Notes under the pieces: model-generated
Told to the model about the DNA's origin: nothing
The model's database searches: none
What the model saw: the letters and a program-made list of their open reading frames with translations, nothing else
Shown here: positions 25,277 through 41,500 of the stretch, piece by piece
Layout: the number at the start of each line of letters is the position of its first letter
Numbering within the stretch: the first letter of the stretch is position 1
NCBI RefSeq assembly: GCF_036365525.1
Contig: NC_090378.1
Coordinates: 121,505,593-121,569,592, forward strand
From: Heterodontus francisci
Lineage: Eukaryota
Direction: 5' to 3'
Length of the DNA: 64,000 nucleotides
Made by a program: the position numbers and the translations under genes

Positions 25277-28200
25277 TATGTATAATGTATTATAATGGAC
25301 ACACAGTCCCACCTCCTGCACTGACACAACCCACAGTTATATATAATATATAATAATGGACACACAGTCCCACCTCCTGCACTGACATCCCACAGCTATA
25401 TGAAATATATATTAATGGACACACAGTCCCACCTCCTGTACTGACACTTCCCACAGTTATATCTAATATTTACTAATGGACACCCAGTCCCACCTCCTGC
25501 ACTGACACAACCCACTGGTATATATAATATATAATAATGGACACACAGTCCCACCTCCTGTACTGACACATCCCACAGTTATATATAATATATAATAATG
25601 GACACACATTCCCACCTCCTGCACTGACACATCCCACAGTTATATATAATATCTAATAATGGACACACAGTCCCACCTCCTGTACTGACACATCCCACAG
25701 TTATATATAATATATAATAATAGACACACAGTCCCACCTCCTGTACTGACACATCCCACAGTTATATATAATATATAATAATAGACACACAGTCCCACCT
25801 CCTGTACTGACACATCCCACAGTTATATATAATATATAATAATAGACACACAGTCCCACCTCCTGTACTGACACATCCCACAGTTAAATATAATATATAA
25901 TAATGGACACACAGTCCCACCTCCTGTACTGACACATCCCACAACTATATATAATATATAATAATAGACACACAGTACCACCTCCTGTACTGACACATCC
26001 CACAGTTATATATAATATATAATAATAGACACACAGTCCCACCTCCTGTACTGACACATCCCACAGTTAAATATAATATATAATAATGGACACACAGTCC
26101 CACCTCCTGTACTGACACATCCCACAGTTATTTCTAATATTTACTAATGGACACCCAGTCCCACCTCCTGCACTGACAGAACCCACTGTTATATATAATA
26201 TATAATAATGGACACACAGTCCCACCTCCTGTACTGACACATCCCAGTTATATATAATATATAATAATGGACACACAGTCCCACCTCCTGCACTGACACA
26301 ACCCACTGTTATATATGATATATAATAATGGACACACAGTCCCACCTCCTGAAGTGACACATCCCACAGTTATATATAATATATAATAATGGACACACAG
26401 TCCCACCTCCTGCACTGACACAACCCACAGTTATATATAATATATAATAATGGACACACGGTCCCACCTCCTGCACTGACACATCCCACAGTTATACATA
26501 ATATATAATAATGGACACACATTCCCACCTCCTGTACTGACACATCCCACAGTTATATATAATATATATTAATGGACACACAGTCCCACCTCCTGTACTG
26601 AAACAACCCACTGTTATATATAATATATAATAATGGACACACAGTCCCACCTCCTGCACTGACACAACCCACTGTTATATATAATATATAATAATGGACA
26701 CACAGTCCCACCTCCTGCACTGACACAACCCACTGTTATATATAATATATAATAATGGACACACGGTCCCACCTCCTGCACTGACACATCCCACAGTTAT
26801 ACATAATATATAATAATGGACACACATTCCCACCTCCTGTACTGACACATCCCACAGTTATATATAATATATATTAATGGACACACAGTCCCACCTCCTG
26901 TACTGAAACAACCCACTGTTATATATAATATATCATAATGGACACACAGTCCCACCTCCTGTACTGACACATCCCACAGTTATATATAATATATAATAAT
27001 GGACACACAGTCCCACCTCCTGCACTGACACAACCCACTGGTATATATAATATATAATAATGGACACACAGTCCCACCTCCTGTACTGACACATCCCACA
27101 GTTATATATAATATATAATAATGGACACACAGTCCCACCTCCTGCACTGACACAACCCACTGTTATATATGATATATAATAATGGACACACAGTCCCACC
27201 TCCTGCACTGACACAACCCACTGTTATATATAATATATAATAATGGACACACAGTCCCACCTCCTGCACTGACACTTCCCAAAGTTATATCTAATATTTA
27301 CTAATGGACACCCAGTCCCAGCTCCTGCACTGACAGAACCCACTGTTATATATAATATATAATAATGGACACACAGTCCCACCTCCTGTACTGACACATC
27401 CCACAGTTATATCTAATATTTACTAATGGACACCCAGTCCCACCTCCTGCACTGACACATCCCACAGTTATATATAATATATAATAATGGACACACAGTC
27501 CCACCTCCTGCACTGACACAACCCACTGGTATATATAATATATAATAATGGACACACAGTCCCACCTCCTGTACTGACACATCCCACAGTTATATATAAT
27601 ATATAATAATGGACACACAGTCCCACCTCCTGCACTGACACAACCCACTGTTATATATGATATATAATAATGGACACACAGTCCCACCTCCTGTACTGAC
27701 ACATCCCACAACTATATATAATATATAATAGACACACAGTCCCACCTCCTGTACTGACACATCCCACAGTTATATATAATATATAATAATAGACACACAG
27801 TCCCACCTCCTGTACTGACACATCCCACAGTTAAATATAATATATAATAATGGACACAAGGTCCCACCTCCTGTACTGACACATCCCACAGTTATTACTA
27901 ATATATAATAATAGACACACAGTCCCACCTCCTGTACTGACACATCCCACAGTTATGTATAATGTATTATAATGGACACACAGTCCCACCTCCTGCACTG
28001 ACACAACCCACAGTTATATATAATATATAATAATGGACACACAGTCCCACCTCCTGCACTGACATCCCACAGCTATATGAAATATATATTAATGGACACA
28101 CAGTCCCACCTCCTGCACTGACACAACCCACAGTTATATATAATATATAATAATGGACACACAGTCCCACCTCCTGTACTGACACTTCCCACAGTTATAT

Positions 28201-28870
28201 CTAATATTTACTAATGGACACCCAGTCCCACCTCCTGCACGGACTGAACCCACTGTTATATATAATATATAATAATGGACACACAGTCCCACCTCCTGTA
28301 CTGACACATCCCACAGTTATATATAATATATAAAAATGGACACACAGTCCCACCTCCTGTACTGACACATCCCACAGTTATATATAATATATAATAATGG
28401 ACACACAGTCCCACCTCCTGTACTGACACATCCCACAGTTATATATGATATATAATAATGGACACACAGTCCCACCTCCTGCACTGATACAACCCACTGT
28501 TATATATGATATATAATAATGGACACACAGTCCCACCTCCTGAACTGACACATCCCACAGTTATATATGATATATAATAATGGACACACAGTCCCACCCC
28601 CTGCACTGACACAACCCACAGTTATATATAATAAATAATAATGGACACACAGTCCCACCTCCTGTACTGACACATCCCACTGGTATATGAAATATATATT
28701 AATGGACACACAGTCCCACCTCCTGTACTGACACTTCCCACAGTTATGTATAATGTATTATAATGGACACACAGTCCCACCTCCTGTACTGACACATCCC
28801 ACAGTTATTTCTAATATATAATAATAGACACACAGTCCCACCTCCTGTACTGACACATCCCACAGTTATG

Positions 28871-29221
28871 ATTAGATTAGAGATACAGCACTGAAACAGG
28901 CCCTTCGGCCCACCGAGTCTGTGCCGAACATCAACCACCCATTTTATACTAATCCTACACTAATCCCATATTCCTACCAAACATCCCCACCTGTCCCTAT
29001 ATTTCCCTACCACCTACCTATACTAGTGACAATTTATAATGGCCAATTTACCTATCACTCTGCAAGTCTTTTGGCTTGTGGGAGGAAACCGGAGCACCCG
29101 GAGAAAACCCACGCAGACACAGGGAGAACTTGCAAACTCCACACAGGCAGTACCCGGAATCGAACCCGGGTCCCTGGAGCTGTGAGGCTGCGGTGCTAAC
29201 CACTGCGCCACTGTGCCGCCC
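28871..29221 (-). mobile_element. HE1-like V-SINE in array, copy 4
   Basis: Same sequence and flanks as copy 1. Confidence 0.93.
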
Positions 29222-32200
29222 TATGTATAATGTATTATAATGGACACACAGTCCCACCTCCTGCACTGACACAACCCACAGTTATATATAATATATAATA
29301 ATGGACACACAGTCCCACCTCCTGCACTGACATCCCACAGCTATATGAAATATATATTAATGGACACACAGTCCCACCTCCTGTACTGACACTTCCCACA
29401 GTTATATCTAATATTTACTAATGGACACCCAGTCCCACCTCCTGCACTGACACAACCCACTGGTATATATAATATATAATAATGGACACACAGTCCCACC
29501 TCCTGTACTGACACATCCCACAGTTATATATAATATATAATAATAGACACACAGTCCCACCTCCTGTACTGACACATCCCACAGTTATATATAATATATA
29601 ATAATAGACACACAGTCCCACCTCCTGTACTGACACATCCCACAGTTATATATAATATATAATAATAGACACACAGTCCCACCTCCTGTACTGACACATC
29701 CCACAGTTATATATAATATATAATAATAGACACACAGTCCCACCTCCTGTACTGACACATCCCACAGTTAAATATAATATATAATAATGGACACACAGTC
29801 CCACCTCCTGTACTGACACATCCCACAACTATATATAATATATAATAATAGACACACAGTACCACCTCCTGTACTGACACATCCCACAGTTATATATAAT
29901 ATATAATAATAGACACACAGTCCCACCTCCTGTACTGACACATCCCACAGTTAAATATAATATATAATAATGGACACACAGTCCCACCTCCTGTACTGAC
30001 ACATCCCACAGTTATTTCTAATATATAATAATAGACACACAGTCCCACCTCCTGCACTGACAGAACCCACTGTTATATATAATATATAATAATGGACACA
30101 CAGTCCCACCTCCTGTACTGACACATCCCACAGTTATATATAATATATAAAAATGGACACACAGTCCCACCTCCTGTACTGACACTTCCCACAGTTATAT
30201 CTAATATTTACTAATGGACACCCAGTCCCACCTCCTGCACTGACAGAACCCACTGTTATATATAATATATAATAATGGACACACAGTCCCACCTCCTGTA
30301 CTGACACATCCCAGTTATATATAATATATAATGATGGACACACAGTCCCACCTCCTGCACTGACACAACCCACTGTTATATATGATATATAATAATGGAC
30401 ACACAGTCCCACCTCCTGAAGTGACACATCCCACAGTTATATATAATATATAATAATGGACACACAGTCCCACCTCCTGCACTGACACAACCCACAGTTA
30501 TATATAATATATAATAATGGACACACGGTCCCACCTCCTGCACTGACACACTCCACAGTTATACATAATATATAATAATGGACACACATTCCCACCTCCT
30601 GTACTGACACATCCCACAGTTATATATAATATATATTAATGGACACACAGTCCCACCTCCTGTACTGAAACAACCCACTGTTATATATAATATATAATAA
30701 TGGACACACAGTCCCACCTCCTGCACTGACACAACCCACTGTTATATATAATATATAATAATGGACACACAGTCCCACCTCCTGCACTGACACAACCCAC
30801 TGTTATATATAATATATAATAATGGACACACGGTCCCACCTCCTGCACTGACACATCCCACAGTTATACATAATATATAATAATGGACACACATTCCCAC
30901 CTCCTGTACTGACACATCCCACAGTTATATATAATATATATTAATGGACACACAGTCCCACCTCCTGTACTGAAACAACCCACTGTTATATATAATATAT
31001 CATAATGGACACACAGTCCCACCTCCTGTACTGACACATCCCACAGTTATATATAATATATAATAATGGACACACAGTCCCACCTCCTGTACTGACACAT
31101 CCCACAGTTATATATAATATATAATAATAGACACACAGTCCCACCTCCTGTACTGACACATCCCACAGTTATATATAATATATAATAATAGACACACAGT
31201 CCCACCTCCTGTACTGACACATCCCACAGTTAAATATAATATATAATAATGGACACACAGTCCCACCTCCTGTACTGACACATCCCACAACTATATATAA
31301 TATATAATAATAGACACACAGTACCACCTCCTGTACTGACACATCCCACAGTTATATATAATATATAATAATAGACACACAGTCCCACCTCCTGTACTGA
31401 CACATCCCACAGTTAAATATAATATATAATAATGGACACACAGTCCCACCTCCTGTACTGACACATCCCACAGTTATTTCTAATATATAATAATAGACAC
31501 ACAGTCCCACCTCCTGCACTGACAGAACCCACTGTTATATATAATATATAATAATGGACACACAGTCCCACCTCCTGTACTGACACATCCCACAGTTATA
31601 TATAATATATAAAAATGGACACACAGTCCCACCTCCTGTACTGACACTTCCCACAGTTATATCTAATATTTACTAATGGACACCCAGTCCCACCTCCTGC
31701 ACTGACAGAACCCACTGTTATATATAATATATAATAATGGACACACAGTCCCACCTCCTGTACTGACACATCCCAGTTATATATAATATATAATGATGGA
31801 CACACAGTCCCACCTCCTGCACTGACACAACCCACTGTTATATATGATATATAATAATGGACACACAGTCCCACCTCCTGAAGTGACACATCCCACAGTT
31901 ATATATAATATATAATAATGGACACACAGTCCCACCTCCTGCACTGACACAACCCACAGTTATATATAATATATAATAATGGACACACGGTCCCACCTCC
32001 TGCACTGACACACTCCACAGTTATACATAATATATAATAATGGACACACATTCCCACCTCCTGTACTGACACATCCCACAGTTATATATAATATATATTA
32101 ATGGACACACAGTCCCACCTCCTGTACTGAAACAACCCACTGTTATATATAATATATAATAATGGACACACAGTCCCACCTCCTGCACTGACACAACCCA

Positions 32201-35200
32201 CTGTTATATATAATATATAATAATGGACACACAGTCCCACCTCCTGCACTGACACAACCCACTGTTATATATAATATATAATAATGGACACACGGTCCCA
32301 CCTCCTGCACTGACACATCCCACAGTTATACATAATATATAATAATGGACACACATTCCCACCTCCTGTACTGACACATCCCACAGTTATATATAATATA
32401 TATTAATGGACACACAGTCCCACCTCCTGTACTGAAACAACCCACTGTTATATATAATATATCATAATGGACACACAGTCCCACCTCCTGTACTGACACA
32501 TCCCACAGTTATATATAATATATAATAATGGACACACAGTCCCACCTCCTGTACTGACACATCCCACAGTTATATATAATATATAATAATGGACACACAG
32601 TCCCACCTCCTGTACTGACACATCCCACAGTTATATATAATATATAATAATGGACACACAGTCCCACCTCCTGTACTGACACATCCCACAGTTATATATA
32701 ATATATAATAATGGACACACAGTCCCACCTCCTGCACTGACACAACCCACTGTTATATATGATATATAATAATGGACACACAGTCCCACCTCCTGCACTG
32801 ACACAACCCACTGTTATATATAATATATAATAATGGACACACAGTCCCACCTCCTGCACTGACACTTCCCAAAGTTATATCTAATATTTACTAATGGACA
32901 CCCAGTCCCAGCTCCTGCACTGACAGAACCCACTGTTATATATAATATATAATAATGGACACACAGTCCCACCTCCTGTACTGACACATCCCACAGTTAT
33001 ATATAATATATAAAAATGGACACACAGTCCCACCTCCTGTACTGACACTTCCCACAGTTATATCTAATATTTACTAATGGACACCCAGTCCCACCTCCTG
33101 CACTGACACATCCCACAGTTATATATAATATATAATAATGGACACACAGTCCCACCTCCTGCACTGACACAACCTACTGGTATATATAATATATAATAAT
33201 GGACACACAGTCCCACCTCCTGTACTGACACATCCCACAGTAATATATAATATATAATAATGGACACACAGTCCCACCTCCTGCACTGACACAACCCACT
33301 GTTATATATGATATATAATAATGGACACACAGTCCCACCTCCTGTACTGACACATCCCACAACTATATATAATATATAATAATGGACACACAGTCCCACC
33401 TCCTGTACTGACACATCCCACAGTTATGTATAATGTATTATAATGGACACACAGTCCCACCTCCTGCACTGACACAACCCACAGTTATATATAATATATA
33501 ATAATGGACACACAGTCCCACCTCCTGCACTGACATCCCACAGCTATATGAAATATATATTAATGGACACACAGTCCCACCTCCTGCACTGACACAACCC
33601 ACAGTTATATATAATATATAATAATGGACACACAGTCCCACCTCCTGTACTGACACAACCCACTGTTATATATAATATATAATAATGGACACACAGTCCC
33701 ACCCCCTGCACTGACACTTCCCACAGTTATATCTAATATTTACTAATGGACACCCAGTCCCACCTCCTGCACTGACACATCCCACAGTTATATATAATAT
33801 ATAATAATGGACACACAGTCCCACCTCCTGTACTGACACATCCCACAGTTATATATAATATATAAAAATGGACACACAGTCCCACCTCCTGTACTGACAC
33901 ATCCCACAGTTATATATAATATATAATAATGGACACACAGTCCCACCTCCTGTACTGACACATCCCACAGTTATATATGATATATAATAATGGACACACA
34001 GTCCCACCTCCTGCACTGATACAACCCACTGTTATATATGATATATAATAATGGACACACAGTCCCACCTCCTGAACTGACACATCCCACAGTTATATAT
34101 GATATATAATAATGGACACACAGTCCCACCCCCTGCACTGACACAACCCACAGTTATATATAATAAATAATAATGGACACACAGTCCCACCTCCTGTACT
34201 GACACATCCCACAGTTATGTATAATGTATTATAATGGACACACAGTCCCACCTCCTGTACTGACACAACCCACAGTTATATATAATATAGAATAATGGAC
34301 ACACTGTCCCACCTCCTGTACTGACACATCCCACAGCTATATAAAATATATAATAATGGACACACAGTCCCACCTCCTGGAGTGACACAACCCACAGTTA
34401 TATATAATATATGATAATGGACACACAGTCCCACCTCCTGTACTGACACATCCCGCAGCTATATAAAATATATAATAATGGACACAGTCCCACCTCCTGC
34501 ACTGACACAACCCACTGTTATATATAATAATGGACACACAGTCCCACCTCCTGTACTGACACATCCCACAGTTATATATGATATACAATAATGGACACAC
34601 AGTCCCACCTCCTGTACTGACACATCCCACAGTTATATATAATATATAATAATGGACACACAGTCCCACCTCCTGTACTGACAACCCACAGCTATATAAA
34701 ATATATAATAATGGACACACAGTCCCACCTCCTGTCCTGACACGTCCCACAGTTATATAAAATATATAATAATGGACTCACAGTCCCACCTCCTGTACTG
34801 ACAAGTCCCACAGTTATACAAAATATATAATAATGGACACACAGTCCCACCTCCTGCACTGGCACATTCCACAGTTATATAAAATATATAATAATGGACA
34901 CACGGTCCCACCTCCTGCACTGACACATCCCACAGTTAAACATAATATATAATAATGGACACACATTCCCACCTCCTGTACTGACACATCCCACAGTTAT
35001 ATATAATATATATTAATGGACACACAGTCCCACCTCCTGTACTGACACAACCCACTGTTATATATAATATATAATAATGGACACACAGTCCCACCTCCTG
35101 CACTGACACTTCCCAAAGTTATATCTAATATTTACTAATGGACACCCAGTCCCAGCTCCTGCACTGACAGAACCCACTGTTATATATAATATATAATAAT

Positions 35201-35248
35201 GGACACACAGTCCCACCTCCTGTACTGACACATCCCACAGTTATATAT

Positions 35249-35525
35249 TTTTCTTTTGGGCCTCCTTATCTCGAGAGACAATGGATACGCGCCTGGAGGT
35301 GGTCAGTGGTTTGTGAAGCAGCGCCTGGAGTGGCTATAAAGGCCAATTCTGGAGTGACAGGCTCTTCCACAGGTGCTGCAGAGAAATTTGTTTGTTGGGG
35401 CTGTTGCACAGTTGGCTCTCCCCTTGCGCCTCTGTCTTTTTTCCTGCCAACTACTAAGTCTCTTCGACTCGCCACAATTTAGCCCTGTCTTTATGGCTGC
35501 CCGCCAGCTCTGGCGAATGCTGGCA
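35249..35525 (-). mobile_element. 5'-truncated RTE-clade LINE 3' end with 11-12 bp target-site duplication
   Basis: Minus ORF ends ..RQSWRAAIK..EKRQRRK..FLCSTCGRACHSRIGLYSHSRRC (RTE-type terminal zinc finger), followed by a short 3' UTR and A-rich tail. ACAGTTATATAT occurs at 35237-35248 and 35526-35537. Confidence 0.85.
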
Positions 35526-38500
35526 ACAGTTATATATAATATATAAAAATGGACACACAGTCCCACCTCCTGTACTGACACTTCCCACAGTTATATCTAA
35601 TATTTACTAATGGACACCCAGTCCCACCTCCTGCACTGACAGAACCCACTGTTATATATAATATATAATAATGGACACACAGTCCCACCTCCTGTACTGA
35701 CACATCCCACAGTTATATATAATATATAATAATGGACACACAGTCCCACCTCCTGCACTGACACAACCCACTGGTATATATAATATATAATAATGGACAC
35801 ACAGTCCCACCTCCTGTACTGACACATCCCACAGTTATATATAATATATAATAATGGACACACATTCCCACCTCCTGCACTGACACAACCCACTGGTATA
35901 TATGATATATAATAATGGACACACAGTCCCACCTCCTGAACTGACACATCCCACAGTTATATATAATATCTAATAATGGACACACAGTCCCACCTCCTGT
36001 ACTGACACATCCCACAGTTATATATAATATATAATAATAGACACACAGTCCCACCTCCTGTACTGACACATCCCACAGTTATATATAATATATAATAATA
36101 GACACACAGTCCCACCTCCTGTACTGACACATCCCACAGTTATATATAATATATAATAATAGACACACAGTCCCACCTCCTGTACTGACACATCCCACAG
36201 TTAAATATAATATATAATAATGGACACACAGTCCCACCTCCTGTACTGACACATCCCACAACTATATATAATATATAATCATAGACACACAGTCCCACCT
36301 CCTGTACTGACACATCCCACAGTTATATATAATATATAATAATAGACACACAGTCCCACCTCCTGTACTGACACATCCCACAGTTAAATATAATATATAA
36401 TAATGGACACACAGTCCCACCTCCTGTACTGACACATCCCACAGTTATTTCTAATATATAATAATAGACACACAGTCCCACCTCCTGCACTGACAGAACC
36501 CACTGTTATATATAATATATAATAATGGACACACAGTCCCACCTCCTGTACTGACACATCCCAGTTATATATAATATATAATAATGGACACACAGTCCCA
36601 CCTCCTGCACTGACACAACCCACTGTTATATATGATATATAATAATGGACACACAGTCCCACCTCCTGAAGTGACACATCCCACAGTTATATATAATATA
36701 TAATAATGGACACACAGTCCCACCTCCTGCACTGACACAACCCACAGTTATACATAATATATAATAATGGACACACAGTCCCACCTCCTGTACTGACACA
36801 TCCCACAGTTATGTATAATGTATTATAATGGACACACAGTCCCACCTCCTGCACTGACACAACCCACAGTTATATATAATATATAATAATGGACACACAG
36901 TCCCACCTCCTGCACTGACACAACCCACAGTTATATATAATATATAATAATGGACACACAGTCCCACCTCCTGTACTGACACATCCCACAGTTATGTATA
37001 ATGTATAATCATGGACACACAGTCCCACCTCCTGTACTGACACATCCCACAGTCATGTATAATGTATTATAATGGACACACAGTCCCACCTCCTGCACTG
37101 ACACAACCCACAGTTATATAAAATATATAATAATGGACACAGTCCCACCTCCTGCACTGACACAACCCACTGTTATATATAATATATAATAATGGACACA
37201 CAGTTCCACCTCCTGCACTGACACAACCAACAGTTATATATAATATATAATAATGGACACACAGTCCCACCTCCTGTACTGACACAACCCACAGTTATAT
37301 AAAATATATAATAATGGACACAGTCCCACCTCCTGCACTGACACATCCCAGAGTTATATATCATATATAATAATGGACACACAGTCCCACCTCCTGCACT
37401 GACACAACCCACTGTTATATATAATATATAATAATGGACACACAGTCCCACCTCCTGTACTGACACATTCCACAGTTATATATAATATACAATAATGGAC
37501 ACAATGTCCCACCTCCTGCAGTGACACAACCCACTGTTATTGATGATATATAATAATGGACACACAGTCCCACCTCCTGAACTGACACATCCCACAGTTA
37601 TATATAATATATAATAATGGACACACAGTCCCACCTCCTGCACTGACACATTCCACAGTTATATATAATATATAATAATGGACACACTGTCCCACCTCCT
37701 GTACTGACACATCCCACTGTTATATATAATATATAATAATGGACACACAGTCCCACCTCCAGCACTGTCACGTCCCACAATTATATCTAATATTTACTAA
37801 TGGACACACAGTCCCACCTCCTGCACTGACACTTCCCACAGTTATATATAATATATAATAATGGACACACAGTCCCACCTCCTGCACTGACACATCCCAC
37901 AGTTATATATAATGTATAATAATGGACACACAGTCCCACCTCCTGCACTGACACATCCCACAGTTATATATAATGTATAATAATGGACACACAATCCCAC
38001 CTCCTGTACTGACACATCCCACAGTTATATATAATATATAATAATAGACTCACAGTGACACCTCCTGTACTGACACATCCCACAGTAATATATAATGTAT
38101 AAGAATGGACACACAGTCACACATCCTGGACTGACATATCCCACAGTTATATATAATATATAATAATAGACACAGAGTCCCACCTCCTGTCCTGACACAT
38201 CCCACAGTTATATATAATATACAACAATGGACACACTGTCCCCCCTCCTATACTGACACATCCCACAGTTATACATAATATATAATAATAGACACACAGT
38301 CCCACCTCCGGTACTGACACATCCCACAGTTATATATAATATATAATAATGGACACACAGTCCCACCTCCTGTACTGACACATCCCACTGTTATGCATAA
38401 TATATAAAAATGGACACACAGTCCCACCTCCTGCACTGACACATCCCACAGTTATATATAATATATAATAATGCACACACAGTCCCACCTCCTGCACTGA

Positions 38501-41500
38501 CACTTCCCACAGTTATATATAATATATAATAATGGACGCACAGTCCCACCTCCTGCACTGACACTTCCCACAGTTATATATAAGATATAATAATGCACAC
38601 ACAGTCCCACCTCCTGCACTGACACATCCCACAGTTATATATAATGTATAATAATGGACACACATTCCCACCTCCTGTACTGACACATCCCACAGTTATA
38701 TATAATATATAATAATGGACACACAGTCCCACATCCTGTACTGACACATCCCACAGTTATATATAATATATAATAGTGGACACACAGTCCCACCTCCTGT
38801 ACTGACATATCCCACATTTATATATAATATATAATAATGGACACACAGTCCCACCTCCTGCACTGACACATCCCACAGTTATATATAATATGTAACAATG
38901 GACACACATTCCCACTTCCTGTACTGACACATCCCACAGTTATGTATAAGGTATTATGATGGACACACAGTCCCACCTGCTGTACTGACACATCGCACAG
39001 TTATGTATAATGTATTATGATGGACACACAGTCCCACCTCCTGTACTGACACATCCCACAGTTATATATAATATATAATAATGGACACACAGTCCCAGCT
39101 CCTGTACTGACACATCCCACAGTTATATATAATATATAATAATGGACACACAGTCCCACCTCCTGCACTGACACATCCCACAGTTATATATAATATATAA
39201 TAATGGACACACAGTCCCAGCTCCTGTACTGACACATCCCACAGTTATATATAATATATAATAATGGACACACAGTCCCACCTCCTGCACTGACACAACC
39301 CACAGTTATATATAATATATAATAATGGACACACAGTCCCACCTCCTGTACTGACACTTCCCACAGTTATATCTAATATTTACTAATGGACACCCAGTCC
39401 CACCTCCTGCACTGACAGAACCCACTGTTATATATAATATATAATAATGGACACACAGTCCCACCTCCTGTACTGACACATCCCAGTTATATATAATATA
39501 TAATAATGGACACACAGTCCCACCTCCTGCACTGACACAACCCACTGTTATATATGATATATAATAATGGACACACAGTCCCACCTCCTGAAGTGACACA
39601 TCCCACAGTTATATATAATATATAATAATGGACACACAGTCCCACCTCCTGCACTGACACAACCCACAGTTATACATAATATATAATAATGGACACACAG
39701 TCCCACCTCCTGTACTGACACATCCCACAGTTATGTATAATGTATTATAATGGACACACAGTCCCACCTCCTGCACTGACACAACCCACAGTTATATATA
39801 ATATATAATAATGGACACACAGTCCCACCTCCTGCACTGACACAACCCACAGTTATATATAATATATAATAATGGACACACAGTCCCACCTCCTGTACTG
39901 ACACATCCCACAGTTATGTATAATGTATTATAATGGACACACAGTCCCACCTCCTGCACTGACACAACCCACAGTTATATATAATATATAATAATGGACA
40001 CACAGTCCCACCTCCTGTACTGACACATCCCACAGTTATGTATAATGTATAATAATGGACACACAGTCCCACCTCCTGTACTGACACATCCCACAGTCAT
40101 GTATAATGTATTATAATGGACACACAGTCCCACCTCCTGCACTGACACAACCCACAGTTATATAAAATATATAATAATGGACACAGTCCCACCTCCTGCA
40201 CTGACACAACCCACTGTTATATATAATATATAATAATGGATACACAGTTCCACCTCCTGCACTGACACAACCCACAGTTATATATAATATATAATAATGG
40301 ACACACAGTCCCACCTCCTGTACTGACACAACCCACAGTTATATAAAATATATAATAATGGACACAGTCCCACCTCCTGCACTGACACATCCCAGAGTTA
40401 TATATCATATATAATAATGGACACACAGTCCCACCTCCTGCACTGACACAACCCACTGTTATATATAATATATAATAATGGACACACAGTCCCACCTCCT
40501 GTACTGACACATTCCACAGTTATATATAATATACAATAATGGACACAATGTCCCACCTCCTGCACTGACACAACCCACTGTTATAGATGATATATAATAA
40601 TGGACACACAGTCCCACCTCCTGAACTGACACATCCCACAGTTATATATAATATATAATAATGGACACACAGTCCGACCTACTGCACTGACACATCCCAC
40701 AGTTATATATAATATATAATAATGGACACACAGTCCCACCTCCAGCACTGTCACGTCCCACAATTATATCTAATATTTACTAATGGACACACAGTCCCAC
40801 CTCCTGCACTGACACTTCCCACAGTTATATATAATGTATAATAATGGACACACAGTCCCACCTCCAGCACTGTCACGTCCCACAATTATATCTAATATTT
40901 ACTAATGGACACACAGTCCCACCTCCTGCACTGACACATCCCACAGTTATATATAATATATAATAATGGACACACAGTCCCACCTCCAGCACTGTCACGT
41001 CCCACAATTATATCTAATATTTACTAATGGACACACAGTCCCACCTCCTGCACTGACACTTCCCACAGTTATATATAATGTATAATAATGGACACACAGT
41101 CCCACCTCCAGCACTGTCACGTCCCACAATTATATCTAATATTTACTAATGGACACACAGTCCCACCTCCTGCACTGACACATCCCACAGTTATATATAA
41201 TATATAATAATGGACACACAGTCCCACCTCCTGCACTGACACTTCCCACAGTTATATATAATATATAATAATGGACACACAGTCCCACCTCCAGCACTGT
41301 CACGTCCCACAATTATATCTAATATTTACTAATGGACACACAGTCCCACCTCCTGCACTGACACATCCCACAGTTATATATAATGTATAATAATGGACAC
41401 ACAATCCCACCTCCTGTACTGAAACATCCCACAGTTATATATAATATATAATAATAGACTCACAGTGACACCTCCTGTACTGAAACATCGCACAGTAATA

